A stretch of DNA of 64,000 nt from Bacteroidales bacterium (GTDB taxonomy: Bacteria > Bacteroidota > Bacteroidia > Bacteroidales > BM520): positions 122,316 through 186,315 of the forward strand of contig JAEEQW010000003.1 of NCBI GenBank assembly GCA_016285515.1, in the 5' to 3' direction. Each line of letters opens with the position of its first letter. Positions within the stretch are counted from its first letter, which is position 1. Positions 39,949 through 49,025 of this stretch are shown piece after piece. Under the pieces are notes generated by a model. It searched no databases. It saw only the letters and a list, made by a program, of their open reading frames with translations, and was not told the DNA's origin. Position numbers and translations under genes: made by a program.

Positions 39949-41226
39949 TTAATTGTTGATGACCGTCTCGATGTGTTGCAGGAACGCTTCCAGGGGGACC
40001 AATCCATCCGCATTGGGTTCTAATCCGTTGAAACGTATCGGGAATGAGACTGGAGGGTTGTCCAAGTCAAGGAGACTCATCTGGCGCAGTTGTTCCGTGC
40101 TTTGATAAACGAGGCGGACGCAGGTGAAATTCTGCCCTTCCTTATCTTCCCATTTTTCTATGACGAGCTTGGCGCCTATCGGTGTTTTTCTCTCGATGGT
40201 TTGTGGCAGAAGGTACTCTTCGACGTTGAGCGCTGCTAGTACGCTGCCTATATTGGAGTCATGGCCGCAGAGAAATGTGAATTTCCTGTCATCCTTTTGC
40301 AATTCGTCGAGTATCGTCTGCAGCAGCGGGCGGGCAACCTGACGAGCTACGATGGGAGCGGTGAAGAGTACATCGCCGTACCAGTCCTTAATTTCCGAAA
40401 TTTTCATCCATTCATTGGTAGTCAGCGTGTCACCGAAAGAAGCCTTAAGGTCGTCAGCCTCTTCATAATATTGCAGCACGAGTGCATCGGCGGCCTGACA
40501 TGCCAACCGGAATGAGCCGCCTAAAGCAGGTTCACGGTTTTGTACCAGATGAATAATAAGGTCATCGGTATGAAAGCAACAGGTGGCGCCGTTGCGGCAG
40601 GCTTCGCTTTGGCTCATGTCGAGCACCTCTTCAAGGAGACGGAAGTTTTCCGACATCTTCTCACTGATGCCGTTCAGTCCATTTTCGCCTCCCATGGCTT
40701 CAAACTGTTTCATTGCATCAGCCCTGAATTTTTCATCCACTTGTGTGAGTTGTGGATTGAATACAGGGTCCATTCTTCCTATATCGCAATGGCGTTCGAT
40801 GTGGATGTTGGCCAAAGGCAGCATCCCTGACGAAAAAAATTGTGCCGTTGCCACCGTGCGCTGTAAGGAGTTGGCGTAGAACCGTATGGTGCTTTCTTCG
40901 GGGATTTCATGTTCATCTATCAGTCCTTCGTTGACGAGCCACTTCCGGAAATACTGTCCCATCATTGTTTCCAACACGCCACCGCGCAACGAAAGTTCGC
41001 CTGGTGCAGAAGACCACATGAACCATTTGTGTGGAGTGATGCGCATCAGCGTAGAGCGTTTGCCCGAAATAGGGGAGCGGATGTTGTGCCGGCTCAGCAC
41101 CACCACTTCTTTCAAGGTGTATCTTTCATGGAAATCGGCAGGATGTCCGTTTTGCGCTGAAACGGAAGTAGGCAAAAGCGCATATATCGTGAGGATGGCG
41201 ATAATACAAAGATGTGAGGTTTTCAT
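39949..41226 (-). CDS. Histidine acid phosphatase (AppA/Agp-like phytase or glucose-1-phosphatase)
   Basis: From the ATG at 41226 the protein starts with signal peptide MKTSHLCIIAILTIYALLPTSVSAQ. The catalytic motifs are SRHNIRSP (RHxxRxP type) and CGHDSNI (HD). Confidence 0.8.
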   Translation of the reverse strand: MKTSHLCIIAILTIYALLPTSVSAQNGHPADFHERYTLKEVVVLSRHNIRSPISGKRSTLMRITPHKWFMWSSAPGELSLRGGVLETMMGQYFRKWLVNEGLIDEHEIPEESTIRFYANSLQRTVATAQFFSSGMLPLANIHIERHCDIGRMDPVFNPQLTQVDEKFRADAMKQFEAMGGENGLNGISEKMSENFRLLEEVLDMSQSEACRNGATCCFHTDDLIIHLVQNREPALGGSFRLACQAADALVLQYYEEADDLKASFGDTLTTNEWMKISEIKDWYGDVLFTAPIVARQVARPLLQTILDELQKDDRKFTFLCGHDSNIGSVLAALNVEEYLLPQTIERKTPIGAKLVIEKWEDKEGQNFTCVRLVYQSTEQLRQMSLLDLDNPPVSFPIRFNGLEPNADGLVPLEAFLQHIETVINN

Positions 41227-41309
41227 GACTTGGAATATAGTGATAGTTTCTATATCAGCTACAAAGATAATCATGTAAGAGACATTTTTGTCCATTTCAT
41301 AAAAAAATA

Positions 41310-41317
41310 TATCTTTG
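41310..41317 (+). promoter_or_regulatory. -7 promoter box for the L,D-transpeptidase gene
   Basis: TATCTTTG, 30 nt upstream of the ATG at 41347. Confidence 0.5.
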
Positions 41318-41346
41318 TACTCGATAAATGACTATGATATCTTACA

Positions 41347-41979
41347 ATGAATAAATTGACTATTATATTTTGTTTGTTAATGGCTATGTTCCTCATGACA
41401 TCGTGCGGCTATTCATCGGTCAGAGCTGCCGAGGAACATAGTGAAACTTCAAGTGTGGATACAACGGAAGTTGCCGTAGGAAGTATTGACTCTATTAAGC
41501 CTGATAGTGCAACTTTCTATTCGGAAGTTGTTGACAAAATGAACTGTTTTATACTTGTCTCGAAGCCTGAATACAGGCTTTATGTCTGCGAGGTGGTGGG
41601 CGATGATACCGTAAAGCGGGTGCATTATCCTGTTTGCGTGGCACTCAATAAAGGGCAGAAACAAAAGAGAAAAGATATGCGCACGCCGGAATGCTCTTTT
41701 GATAATCCTTTCACTATCATACAGATACAAGACGCCTCCAATTGGTATCATGATTTTGGAGATGGTCGTGGCTCGATTTTGGCATACGGCAACTGGTTCC
41801 TGCGCTTGGACACGCCTGGCTTTTCGGGTATTGGCATTCATGGGAGCACCAACAACGAGAGTTCGGTGCCGGGTAGGGGCAGCGAGGGGTGCATTCGCCT
41901 CCGGAACGATGATTTGGACGACTTGAAGGAAAAATATGCTTTTGTTGGAATGCGTGTGGTGATTCTTCCCGATGAATAG
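41347..41979 (+). CDS. L,D-transpeptidase (YkuD domain) lipoprotein
   Basis: 210 aa with lipobox LMTSCG and the catalytic motif GIHGST...GRGSEGCIRL. Confidence 0.85.
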   Translation: MNKLTIIFCLLMAMFLMTSCGYSSVRAAEEHSETSSVDTTEVAVGSIDSIKPDSATFYSEVVDKMNCFILVSKPEYRLYVCEVVGDDTVKRVHYPVCVALNKGQKQKRKDMRTPECSFDNPFTIIQIQDASNWYHDFGDGRGSILAYGNWFLRLDTPGFSGIGIHGSTNNESSVPGRGSEGCIRLRNDDLDDLKEKYAFVGMRVVILPDE

Positions 41980-42006
41980 GAGCACCCACTTGCAGATATC
42001 CTATTT

Positions 42007-43170
42007 TTACAACGATGCCACCAAAATCTCTTTGATGTCCTGCTCAGTCAGCGGTGCGTATGCGTTCTCCAGTCCTTCGTTGACAGCGATGTGGTGTGCC
42101 ATTTCGTCGAGGCGGCTGTCATCGATACCCACTTCGCGCAAGTGCATCGGAATGTTGATGCTCTCGAAGAAACGGTAGGTCTCGTTGATGGCTCTCTCGG
42201 CAATTTCTTGCTTAGGCAGCGTGGAATCGATGCCGAATACGTTGACGCCATATTTCACGAAACGGTCGATGGTCTTCTCGTTGAGGATATGACGCATCCA
42301 GCGTGGGGTGATGATGGCCAGGCCTTCGCCGTGTGTGATGTCGTAGTAAGCGCTCAGAGCGTGCTCGATTCCATGACAGGGCCAACCTGAAGGGCTATTG
42401 CCGAGCGATAGGATACCGTTGCATCCGTAGGTGCAGCAGAGCATCATTTCGGCGCGTGCAGTGTAGTCTTCCGGGTTTTCTAAACATTTGCGACCGTTGA
42501 CCATCAGCGAGCGCAGCATTGACTCGCAGAAACCATCGTTGAGTAGGGTGGTGTCGGCAGCGAAGTACTGCTCGATGGTGTGGTTCATCGCATCGGCGAT
42601 ACCGGCAGCGGTTTGTTTGCGGCTTACAGTAAAAGTGTAGGTGGGGTCAAGAAACGAGACGCGCGGGTAAAGCAGCGAGTCAATATAGCCTATTTTGTCG
42701 TTGGTCTCGGTGCGTGAGATGACGCCGCCGGCATCGTATTCGCTACCTGTTGCGGCGAGGGTTATGATATCGACTATAGGCAGGGCTGCCTTCGCTTTTA
42801 CTTTGTAGGTGATGAGGTCCCACGGGTCGCCATCATAGCAGGCTCCGGCGGCGATAGCCTTCGAGCAGTCGAGCACTGAACCTCCGCCCACTGAAAGGAT
42901 TACATCCACATTATGTTCTTTGCACAGGCGTACACCGTCCAATACGCTGGGGTCATATTTTGGGTTGGGCTGGATGCCGCCAAGTTCCACGATTTCGTAC
43001 CCTTTCAGCAGTTCCATCACTTTCTGGTATAGTCCTATTTTCTTGATGCTCCCACCGCCGTAGGTGAGAAGTATTCTCTTTCCGAACTGCTCCATCACCT
43101 TAGGCAGTTTCTCGACAACGCCCTTGCCAAAAATAAGGCGTGTTGGAGTCATGTAATTAAAGTTCTGCAT
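42007..43170 (-). CDS. Iron-containing alcohol dehydrogenase (butanol dehydrogenase/YqhD-like)
   Basis: 387 aa with GGGS nucleotide-binding motifs (TYGGGSIKK, SVGGGSVLD) and metal-binding His residues (HGIEHALS). Confidence 0.9.
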   Translation of the reverse strand: MQNFNYMTPTRLIFGKGVVEKLPKVMEQFGKRILLTYGGGSIKKIGLYQKVMELLKGYEIVELGGIQPNPKYDPSVLDGVRLCKEHNVDVILSVGGGSVLDCSKAIAAGACYDGDPWDLITYKVKAKAALPIVDIITLAATGSEYDAGGVISRTETNDKIGYIDSLLYPRVSFLDPTYTFTVSRKQTAAGIADAMNHTIEQYFAADTTLLNDGFCESMLRSLMVNGRKCLENPEDYTARAEMMLCCTYGCNGILSLGNSPSGWPCHGIEHALSAYYDITHGEGLAIITPRWMRHILNEKTIDRFVKYGVNVFGIDSTLPKQEIAERAINETYRFFESINIPMHLREVGIDDSRLDEMAHHIAVNEGLENAYAPLTEQDIKEILVASL

Positions 43171-43256
43171 AGTGTTATTTATTTCATTTTTTTACCTGAT
43201 ATAGTTCATGTCCTTACGCATTTCGCGCTCGGGATATTTATGTTGGAATCTGTTTG

Positions 43257-43264
43257 CAAAAGTA
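43257..43264 (-). promoter_or_regulatory. -7 promoter box for the Fe-ADH gene
   Basis: The reverse strand reads TACTTTTG, about 87 nt upstream of the ATG at 43170. Confidence 0.4.
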
Positions 43265-43341
43265 CAACTATTTCTGACATACTGCTTTCACATAATTCGA
43301 CAATATTTTCAAAATTTGCCAGTTGAATCTATTTAATTATG

Positions 43342-43349
43342 TATTTTTG
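43342..43349 (+). promoter_or_regulatory. -7 promoter box driving the cobalamin riboswitch leader
   Basis: TATTTTTG, about 6-10 nt upstream of the predicted aptamer 5' end. Confidence 0.5.
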
Positions 43350-43353
43350 TCGC

Positions 43354-43512
43354 CGGATTCAGGTTCCAAAAGATTAATAGGGAATCCTGTGGAAATCAGG
43401 AGCTATGCCCGTAGCTGTAAGTTCAATGATAGACCTGCGGCATCAACGTCACTGACCTTGTGTCGGGAAGACGTCGCTGGTTTGAACAAGCCAGAAGACC
43501 TGCCTGTATCCT
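43354..43512 (+). promoter_or_regulatory. Cobalamin (B12) riboswitch aptamer
   Basis: Conserved core elements are present: TTAATAGGGAATCCTGTGGAAATCAGGAGCTATGCCCGTAGCTGTAAG, then GTCACTG...GGGAAG, and the B12 box GCCAGAAGACCTGCC at 43490..43504. P1 pairs CAGGT (43360-64) with ACCTG (43498-502). Confidence 0.85.
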
Positions 43513-43526
43513 ATATTCGCAGCTTT

Positions 43527-43585
43527 CGGGAACAAAAGCGTGGGAATCAAAGTGAAACGGATTTCCCGTTTCTTTTTCTCATTTT
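43527..43585 (+). terminator. Riboswitch expression platform / candidate intrinsic terminator
   Basis: There are alternative pairings: CGGGAA (43527-32) with TTCCCG (43563-68), and GGGAATC (43542-48) with GATTTCCC (43560-67). The U-rich tract GTTTCTTTTTCTCATTTTG follows. Confidence 0.45.
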
Positions 43586-43631
43586 GTCCTATTGCTGCTG
43601 TTTTTAAGTTGAACATGTAACAATTGTGTTT

Positions 43632-44799
43632 ATGAAGAAACAGTATCAAGCAGTTACGGCCGAGGAAGCCGTCAAAGTCATCAAGTCGGGCGACCATGTC
43701 CACATCAGCTCGGTGTCGAATGTGCCGCAATGTTTGGTTAAAGCGCTATGCGACCGGGGACGTGCCGGTGAATTGAAAAATGTTTACATCCATCACCTTC
43801 ACACTGAAGGCGCCGCTCCTTACGTACAGCCGGAATTTGAAGGCATCTTCCAGCACAACGCCTTTTTCGTCGGATCCAATGTGAGGGAGAGTGTGCAGAA
43901 AGGATTGGCGGACTACATTCCCGTTTTTCTTGGCGAGACCTCAAAACTCTATCGTGAGCGTTATATCAAGTGCAATGTGGCGATGATTCAGGTGTGTCCG
44001 CCTGACAAGTTCGGATACGTCTCTTTGGGGCCGTCAGTGGATGCCACATTAGCCGCCATGGAGAGTGCTGAGTTCGTCATTGCCGTGGTCAACAAGTATG
44101 TGCCCCGAACCTTCGGCGATGCTTTGGTACATATCAGTAGAATCAATGTCTTTGTAGAAGATGACACTTCATTACTCACCGTTGACATGCCTGAACCCAA
44201 TGAAGTTGAGAAGACTAAAGGAGGGCGTTATCACGGGCAACAACAAGAAGCTCAACAAAGGCAAAATAGTCTCAACTTTTGTGATGGGTTCACAGAAAAT
44301 TTACAATTTCATCGATGGCAATCACGAAGTGTTGCTGATGGACGTGGAATACACCAACGACCCCTTCATCATCGCACAACAACCCAAGATGACTTCCATA
44401 AACTCTGGCATTCAGATTGACTTGTCGGGACAAGTTTGTGCCGACTCCTTGGGCGAGCGCATTTATTCTGGTGTAGGTGGACAGATCGATTACGTCTATG
44501 GCGCTTCGCGCTCCATAGGTGGCAAGGCCATCATCGCAATGCCTTCCACAACACGCAAGGGTATCAACAAGATTGTACCCACATTGGACTTGGGTTCAGG
44601 TGCTGTCACCACACGCAACCACATCCACTGGTTCGTCACAGAATACGGCGCTGTGAACCTATATGGTCGCTCGTTGCAAGAACGTGCCAAACTTATCATC
44701 TCGGTGGCACACCCACAGTTCCAGGAGATGCTTGATGAGGCAGCCTTCAAACGTTTTGGACCACATTATCATTACATTTGCAAAACCAATATCATTTAA
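43632..44799 (+). pseudogene. 4-hydroxybutyrate/acetyl-CoA CoA-transferase family gene, disrupted by an internal deletion plus frameshift
   Basis: Two overlapping ORFs in different frames (43626..44420 and 44161..44799). Frame A matches the family N-terminal half up to ...MPEPNEVEK (about 44214). Frame B matches the C-terminal half from ...LKEGVITGNNKK (about 44215) to the end. About 50 residues expected between them, including the GIG.IP and GIHTEM catalytic-Glu region, are absent. Confidence 0.65.
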
Positions 44800-44810
44800 T
44801 TAAAGTAATT

Positions 44811-45107
44811 ATGGTAAATTTCAGTATTTGGGAGGTCTTGTTCCTCTGTTGCTTTGCGATTAGCTGGCCGGTGTCCATCGCAAAGTCGCTTCGCACCAAG
44901 ATAGTCATAGGTAAAAGCCCGCTTTTCATGTCTCTTGTTATCTTGGGATATATCTTTGGTATTATCCATAAACTATTGTATAGCAGGGATATAGTAATAT
45001 GGCTATATGTATTTAATGCCTTATTGGTTAGTTTTGACCTATTCTTGTATTTTCTATATATCGGACGGAATCGCAAACAGTTGGAAAGCAACAACGGCAA
45101 ACTATAG
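44811..45107 (+). CDS. Small 3-TM membrane protein, PQ-loop/SemiSWEET-like (tentative)
   Basis: 98 aa from the ATG at 44811. The pattern FAISWPVSIAKSLRTK after TM1, followed by two more TM helices, resembles PQ-loop/LAB_N-type 3-TM proteins. Confidence 0.5.
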   Translation: MVNFSIWEVLFLCCFAISWPVSIAKSLRTKIVIGKSPLFMSLVILGYIFGIIHKLLYSRDIVIWLYVFNALLVSFDLFLYFLYIGRNRKQLESNNGKL

Positions 45108-45113
45108 GATGAT

Positions 45114-45707
45114 ATGGGAAAGATTAATTTTGTAGAGATCTTCGGCTCATTTATTGTGATGTTCGCCATCATTGACATTTTTGGGTCTATCCCCATTTTC
45201 ATTAGTATCCGGGAGAAACAACAGAACATCAAGGCGGCGCAAGCCTGCCTCACGGCTTTGGGGCTTTTTCTGCTCTTCTTCTTTGCCGGTGATGCCCTAT
45301 TAAGGCTGTTTGGCATCAATTCGGCCTCTTTTGCAGTAGCTGGCGCGTTTGTTCTGTTCATTTTGGCGGTTGAGATGGTGTTGGGGCGCGACATCATCAA
45401 AAACGAGCCAAACAGTAGCAGTGTGAGTGTTGTGCCTGTCGCTTTTCCGCTTATTGCCGGTCCGGGAGCCATTACCGCCCTGCTTTCCCTCCGTGCAGAC
45501 CACGCCACATGTAACATTCTGCTGGGATTGCTGTTGAATATTATTTTGGACTATATGGTAATCAAGTATCTTGACAAGATTCAGCGTCTGTTAGGCAACA
45601 ATATGATATTCATCATCCGCAAATTTTTTGGTGTTATTTTGCTGGCTATGGCTGTGAATATGTTTGTAAGCAACATAGCCGTTATTATATCACAAGTGAC
45701 GAAGTAA
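45114..45707 (+). CDS. MarC family (UPF0056) membrane protein
   Basis: 197 aa with N-terminus FGSFIVMFAIIDIFGSIPIFISI and an internal PLIAGPGAIT motif typical of MarC. Confidence 0.8.
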   Translation: MGKINFVEIFGSFIVMFAIIDIFGSIPIFISIREKQQNIKAAQACLTALGLFLLFFFAGDALLRLFGINSASFAVAGAFVLFILAVEMVLGRDIIKNEPNSSSVSVVPVAFPLIAGPGAITALLSLRADHATCNILLGLLLNIILDYMVIKYLDKIQRLLGNNMIFIIRKFFGVILLAMAVNMFVSNIAVIISQVTK

Positions 45708-45711
45708 CAAG

Positions 45712-45754
45712 ATTCGTTATTATACTTTAACCATAAAGCCTCAATAACGAATCG
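45712..45754. terminator. 11-bp hairpin between the convergent marC-like and hydrolase genes
   Basis: GATTCGTTATT (45712-22) pairs with AATAACGAATC (45744-54). There is no clear U-run. Confidence 0.3.
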
Positions 45755-45796
45755 GATTACTTGTTTTGTATGCGGCAAGTGTAAAGATGGATTGTA

Positions 45797-47143
45797 TTAT
45801 TTCAAGGCATTTATCCATTCTGCAATATCGCTGAGAACCTCGGGTGATATAGTCTCTTCTATCTGACGGTACTCGTTCATAAGACCGGTATTGCAGTGTT
45901 GGAAAAGGTGGTTGAGTCCGGCGTATTCCTTCGTCACGTTCTTCTTTGACTTAGGTAATAGCCGCTCGATGGCGGTAAGGTTGAGAGAGGAAATGACCTG
46001 AAAGTCGCGGTCACCGTTGAGCGCGAATACAGGGCAGCGTGTGGCGGCAATGTTGGCAGATGGGTCATAGTCTATAAACCACTTATACCAAGGAACTTGC
46101 TGGATTTCCGGCGAATGTCGTACTGAGTCGGCGGTCATGGTGCCTTTTCCTCCATATATTTCAACCATGCGGTTTTGTTGTGATGCTATAAGCGTGTCGC
46201 CCTTTACACCAGGCCCAGCTAACGAAACGAGGAAGTCTGTCTTTCCTTGTGCAGCAAGCATGAAGCCTATCAGTCCGCCTTCGCTATGACCAATTAGTCC
46301 GACTTTAGAGAATGCTTTGAGGCTACGCAGATATTCCAGTCCTGCAGCTGCATCACGAGCGAAGTCCTCGCTCGTGGCATTCTTCAAATCGCCACCTACG
46401 GATGCACCCGTGGCGCGGTCGTCGTAGCGTAGCGAAGCAATTCCCTGACGTGCCAGATAGTCGGCAATGACGAGGAATGGCTTATGGTCGAAGATTTCTT
46501 CGTCCCGGTTCTCCTCACCACTGCCCGTAACAAACAAGAGAACAATGGGTTTCTTTTCTGACTTTGCGTTGTATCCTACAGGCCACGTTAGAGTTCCGGC
46601 CAGTGTGGCACCGTCACTTTCATTTCTGAACGTCACCTCTTCTGTCTCGTATGGAAATGGCGGCTTTGGTGTCTGCGGACGATTAAGCACTTCTTCACCC
46701 TTTATCAGCACCAGCGGAAGAGACATGCCATTTTGGGTGAACGTTCCGTCGAGTTTGCCATCTTTTAGCCGTGCTGCGTAAGTGAGGTTGAGCTGCTTTA
46801 CCGATACTGCCAAAGAATCATCCGACAGAAAATCCTTATAGCAACCGATGCCTTTGACACTCTGGTCGGGGCTATCCATCGTCACTGTCACGTAGCCGTC
46901 GGCCTGCTCAAGATTAAATACCAGCGTCAGATTTGCTACGCCTAAGTCAAGTTTGCCTGACCAAGAACCGAGCAGGGTAGTGGTGGACTGAACTTTGTTT
47001 TGGGCAAATGTGACCATCGATGCGAGCATCAGAAGGAAGGTGATGATGTGTTTTTTGTTTTCCAGTTTCTTCGCTATGATGTTCAGTACGGTGTAAATGC
47101 AGCCGTTAGCGTGTGGGCTGCCATTGATATGGAGTGCATTCAT
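45797..47143 (-). CDS. Secreted alpha/beta hydrolase (serine hydrolase)
   Basis: 448 aa with nucleophile elbow GHSEGG and a C-terminal alpha/beta fold. The N-terminal ~25 aa before the signal-like segment (KKHIITFLLMLASMVTFAQ) look odd, so the start is uncertain. Confidence 0.7.
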   Translation of the reverse strand: MNALHINGSPHANGCIYTVLNIIAKKLENKKHIITFLLMLASMVTFAQNKVQSTTTLLGSWSGKLDLGVANLTLVFNLEQADGYVTVTMDSPDQSVKGIGCYKDFLSDDSLAVSVKQLNLTYAARLKDGKLDGTFTQNGMSLPLVLIKGEEVLNRPQTPKPPFPYETEEVTFRNESDGATLAGTLTWPVGYNAKSEKKPIVLLFVTGSGEENRDEEIFDHKPFLVIADYLARQGIASLRYDDRATGASVGGDLKNATSEDFARDAAAGLEYLRSLKAFSKVGLIGHSEGGLIGFMLAAQGKTDFLVSLAGPGVKGDTLIASQQNRMVEIYGGKGTMTADSVRHSPEIQQVPWYKWFIDYDPSANIAATRCPVFALNGDRDFQVISSLNLTAIERLLPKSKKNVTKEYAGLNHLFQHCNTGLMNEYRQIEETISPEVLSDIAEWINALK

Positions 47144-47184
47144 ATTTTGGATGTTTGGAATATATATCTGTAAGTTAATCAGAG

Positions 47185-47192
47185 CAAAAATA
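47185..47192 (-). promoter_or_regulatory. -7 promoter box for the alpha/beta hydrolase gene
   Basis: The reverse strand reads TATTTTTG, 42 nt upstream of the ATG at 47143. Confidence 0.45.
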
Positions 47193-47233
47193 CTAATAAT
47201 CTACAAAATGAAACTTATTATGAAAAAAATGTC

Positions 47234-47241
47234 TAACTTTG
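47234..47241 (+). promoter_or_regulatory. -7 promoter box for the orphan 157-aa gene
   Basis: TAACTTTG, 42 nt upstream of the ATG at 47283. Confidence 0.5.
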
Positions 47242-47282
47242 CATCGTATCCTTGAAAACCAAAGATTTAAGAACACCTCAAT

Positions 47283-47756
47283 ATGACCAATTTGACAGAA
47301 GAACAGCATAAAGCTCAAATGGAGGATATGAAGTCGTTCGACGAACAGATGCCTTCAGTGGGTATATTTTGGTACGACCCCAATGACCATACCCTTTTCG
47401 GAGTACGCAAGAAAGAACTGACACCACGCGAAGTGGAAGAGGCTGCCGTCAAAGGGAAGCCGTTTATCAATTACCCACAACTGCATCGGCAAGTGTGGGC
47501 CAGGGAGTATTTCCGCGCACAAGCCAAACATTCAGATACGAAATTCAAGGGCGATTATACGCAGATTCCACGCGGACGCGTGACATGGACAATCGACAAG
47601 TTCATTGTTTTGGTAGGCCATTGGGCTGAGCCTATTCAAGATGAGTTGTCTGAACTGCTGGAACAGGAGTTCTCGCTGCCATACTTCGAATTTGTGTATG
47701 ATGAGCACTGGGATCTAGGTCACGGATGGTCGGGTGACATGCCCACAAGCAGGTAG
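47283..47756 (+). CDS. Hypothetical cytoplasmic protein, family not recognised
   Basis: 157 aa with no TM helix or signal peptide and its own promoter box. It is the only plus-strand gene between minus-strand blocks. Confidence 0.6.
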   Translation: MTNLTEEQHKAQMEDMKSFDEQMPSVGIFWYDPNDHTLFGVRKKELTPREVEEAAVKGKPFINYPQLHRQVWAREYFRAQAKHSDTKFKGDYTQIPRGRVTWTIDKFIVLVGHWAEPIQDELSELLEQEFSLPYFEFVYDEHWDLGHGWSGDMPTSR

Positions 47757-47804
47757 CATTCTTGCCAGTCTGATTCAGTTTCTTTCATGTTGTTAGAATA
47801 ATCT

Positions 47805-49025
47805 TTACCATTCTACCTCTTTTGTTTCACCTTCAGGAGTGCGGAACACCATGCTTGTCACCTTCTCTTTATCTAATAACATGACGTAGGTGCAAAGGTC
47901 GTCAATTGGCGTCCCATTGGCGGTGACCAAATAGTCACCCGTGCGGATTCCCTTTCGGTAGGCCTTCGAGCCATTGCGCACCACTGCCTGTATTGCCCCA
48001 AGGCTATCGTTTTCAGATGCTGCGATAAAATTGACCCCATTTCCCTCGTTTTTCACTACTTGCTCAAGGTTTCCATCATGCGGAAGAAGCACAAGGCGCT
48101 TCTTATGCGCATTGATAATCAGAGAATTGTGTTTTAACAAAGCCGAACCTGTTTTCATGCTATGGGAGTTTGTCGACAGCCACACGTCTTTGAGCGTAAG
48201 ACCGTCCAACTTCACAGTGGGGATGCGAAGTGTCCTATATGAGATGGTGTCCGCGGAACGGCCAAAAAAGCCATATTGCGCAACAACCGAGGTGTCCCTC
48301 TGCACTGTCAGCCCGTCGATGGTTTGCTGCATCTTCTCGTCGTTTTTCGACCAGCGCTTCAGCCAATATTCAGGAAAGTCGAACCAGCCTCCGAGCCATC
48401 CCGTATCAAAGAGCATTTTGGCACGAACGAAGGGAAAACCCACCTTCACCCTTGGCACGTCGTCCTCGAGATATTTCAGCGTAGGTTGTCCTTTCTCCTC
48501 TTTGGCAAAGAAGCGCTTGCGGTCGGTCATGATCAGCAGGCTGTCTTTCGTGTCGAGCTTGAACGACAGGCCTTTGGCGACAAGGTTAAAGCCCAAGCCG
48601 CCATCGAACTTTCCGCATAAAATTTCGTTCATCTCTTCTTGTGCGATGATAGGGTAACCAGTAATAACGGTGGAGCCCAACGTCATCGATGGGACCATAA
48701 AGATGGGAATTTTATGCTTTGTGTTTTGGGAATCGGTAATCGTTATGTTATCGCCTGATGGTTGCATCCAAGCCTCATCGCCCGCGATCCAAAATCCATA
48801 CTCTGATCCCGTGTCGAACATCATACGTTTGAGTTCTCCGTCAATTTCCACCGGAACAATCACTGCACCATCGACAATCTCGACCTTGATGGTATCCACA
48901 AAATCGTGACGGGAAAGGGTGAAGTCCGTGAAATCCATTACTTGGGCTGTTGCCGACAACGATGTCAACACCAACAAGAAGACGGCGATAATTCTAAAAA
49001 CTCTTGTTTTCATCTTTTGATTCAA
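47805..49025 (-). CDS. Secreted retropepsin-like aspartyl protease with a C-terminal PDZ domain
   Basis: 406 aa with a signal peptide and two D-T-G type motifs (MFDTGSEYG and LFDTGWLGG). A PDZ-like C-terminus is present (GSKAYRKGIRTGDYLVTANGTPIDD). Confidence 0.7.
   Translation of the reverse strand: MNQKMKTRVFRIIAVFLLVLTSLSATAQVMDFTDFTLSRHDFVDTIKVEIVDGAVIVPVEIDGELKRMMFDTGSEYGFWIAGDEAWMQPSGDNITITDSQNTKHKIPIFMVPSMTLGSTVITGYPIIAQEEMNEILCGKFDGGLGFNLVAKGLSFKLDTKDSLLIMTDRKRFFAKEEKGQPTLKYLEDDVPRVKVGFPFVRAKMLFDTGWLGGWFDFPEYWLKRWSKNDEKMQQTIDGLTVQRDTSVVAQYGFFGRSADTISYRTLRIPTVKLDGLTLKDVWLSTNSHSMKTGSALLKHNSLIINAHKKRLVLLPHDGNLEQVVKNEGNGVNFIAASENDSLGAIQAVVRNGSKAYRKGIRTGDYLVTANGTPIDDLCTYVMLLDKEKVTSMVFRTPEGETKEVEW

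Noticed and set aside
43323-43607. 94-aa plus-strand ORF upstream of the CoA-transferase.
   Set aside because: It spans the cobalamin riboswitch aptamer and its terminator, so the region is explained as a structured leader RNA.
44792-45517. 241-aa minus-strand ORF.
   Set aside because: It is antisense to the PQ-loop-like and MarC-like genes, whose TM patterns and family motifs are convincing on the plus strand.
47974-48657. 227-aa plus-strand ORF, plus nested 84-aa and 114-aa ORFs.
   Set aside because: They are antisense to the PDZ/aspartyl-protease gene. Their products are Ser/Pro/Arg-rich and have no motif.
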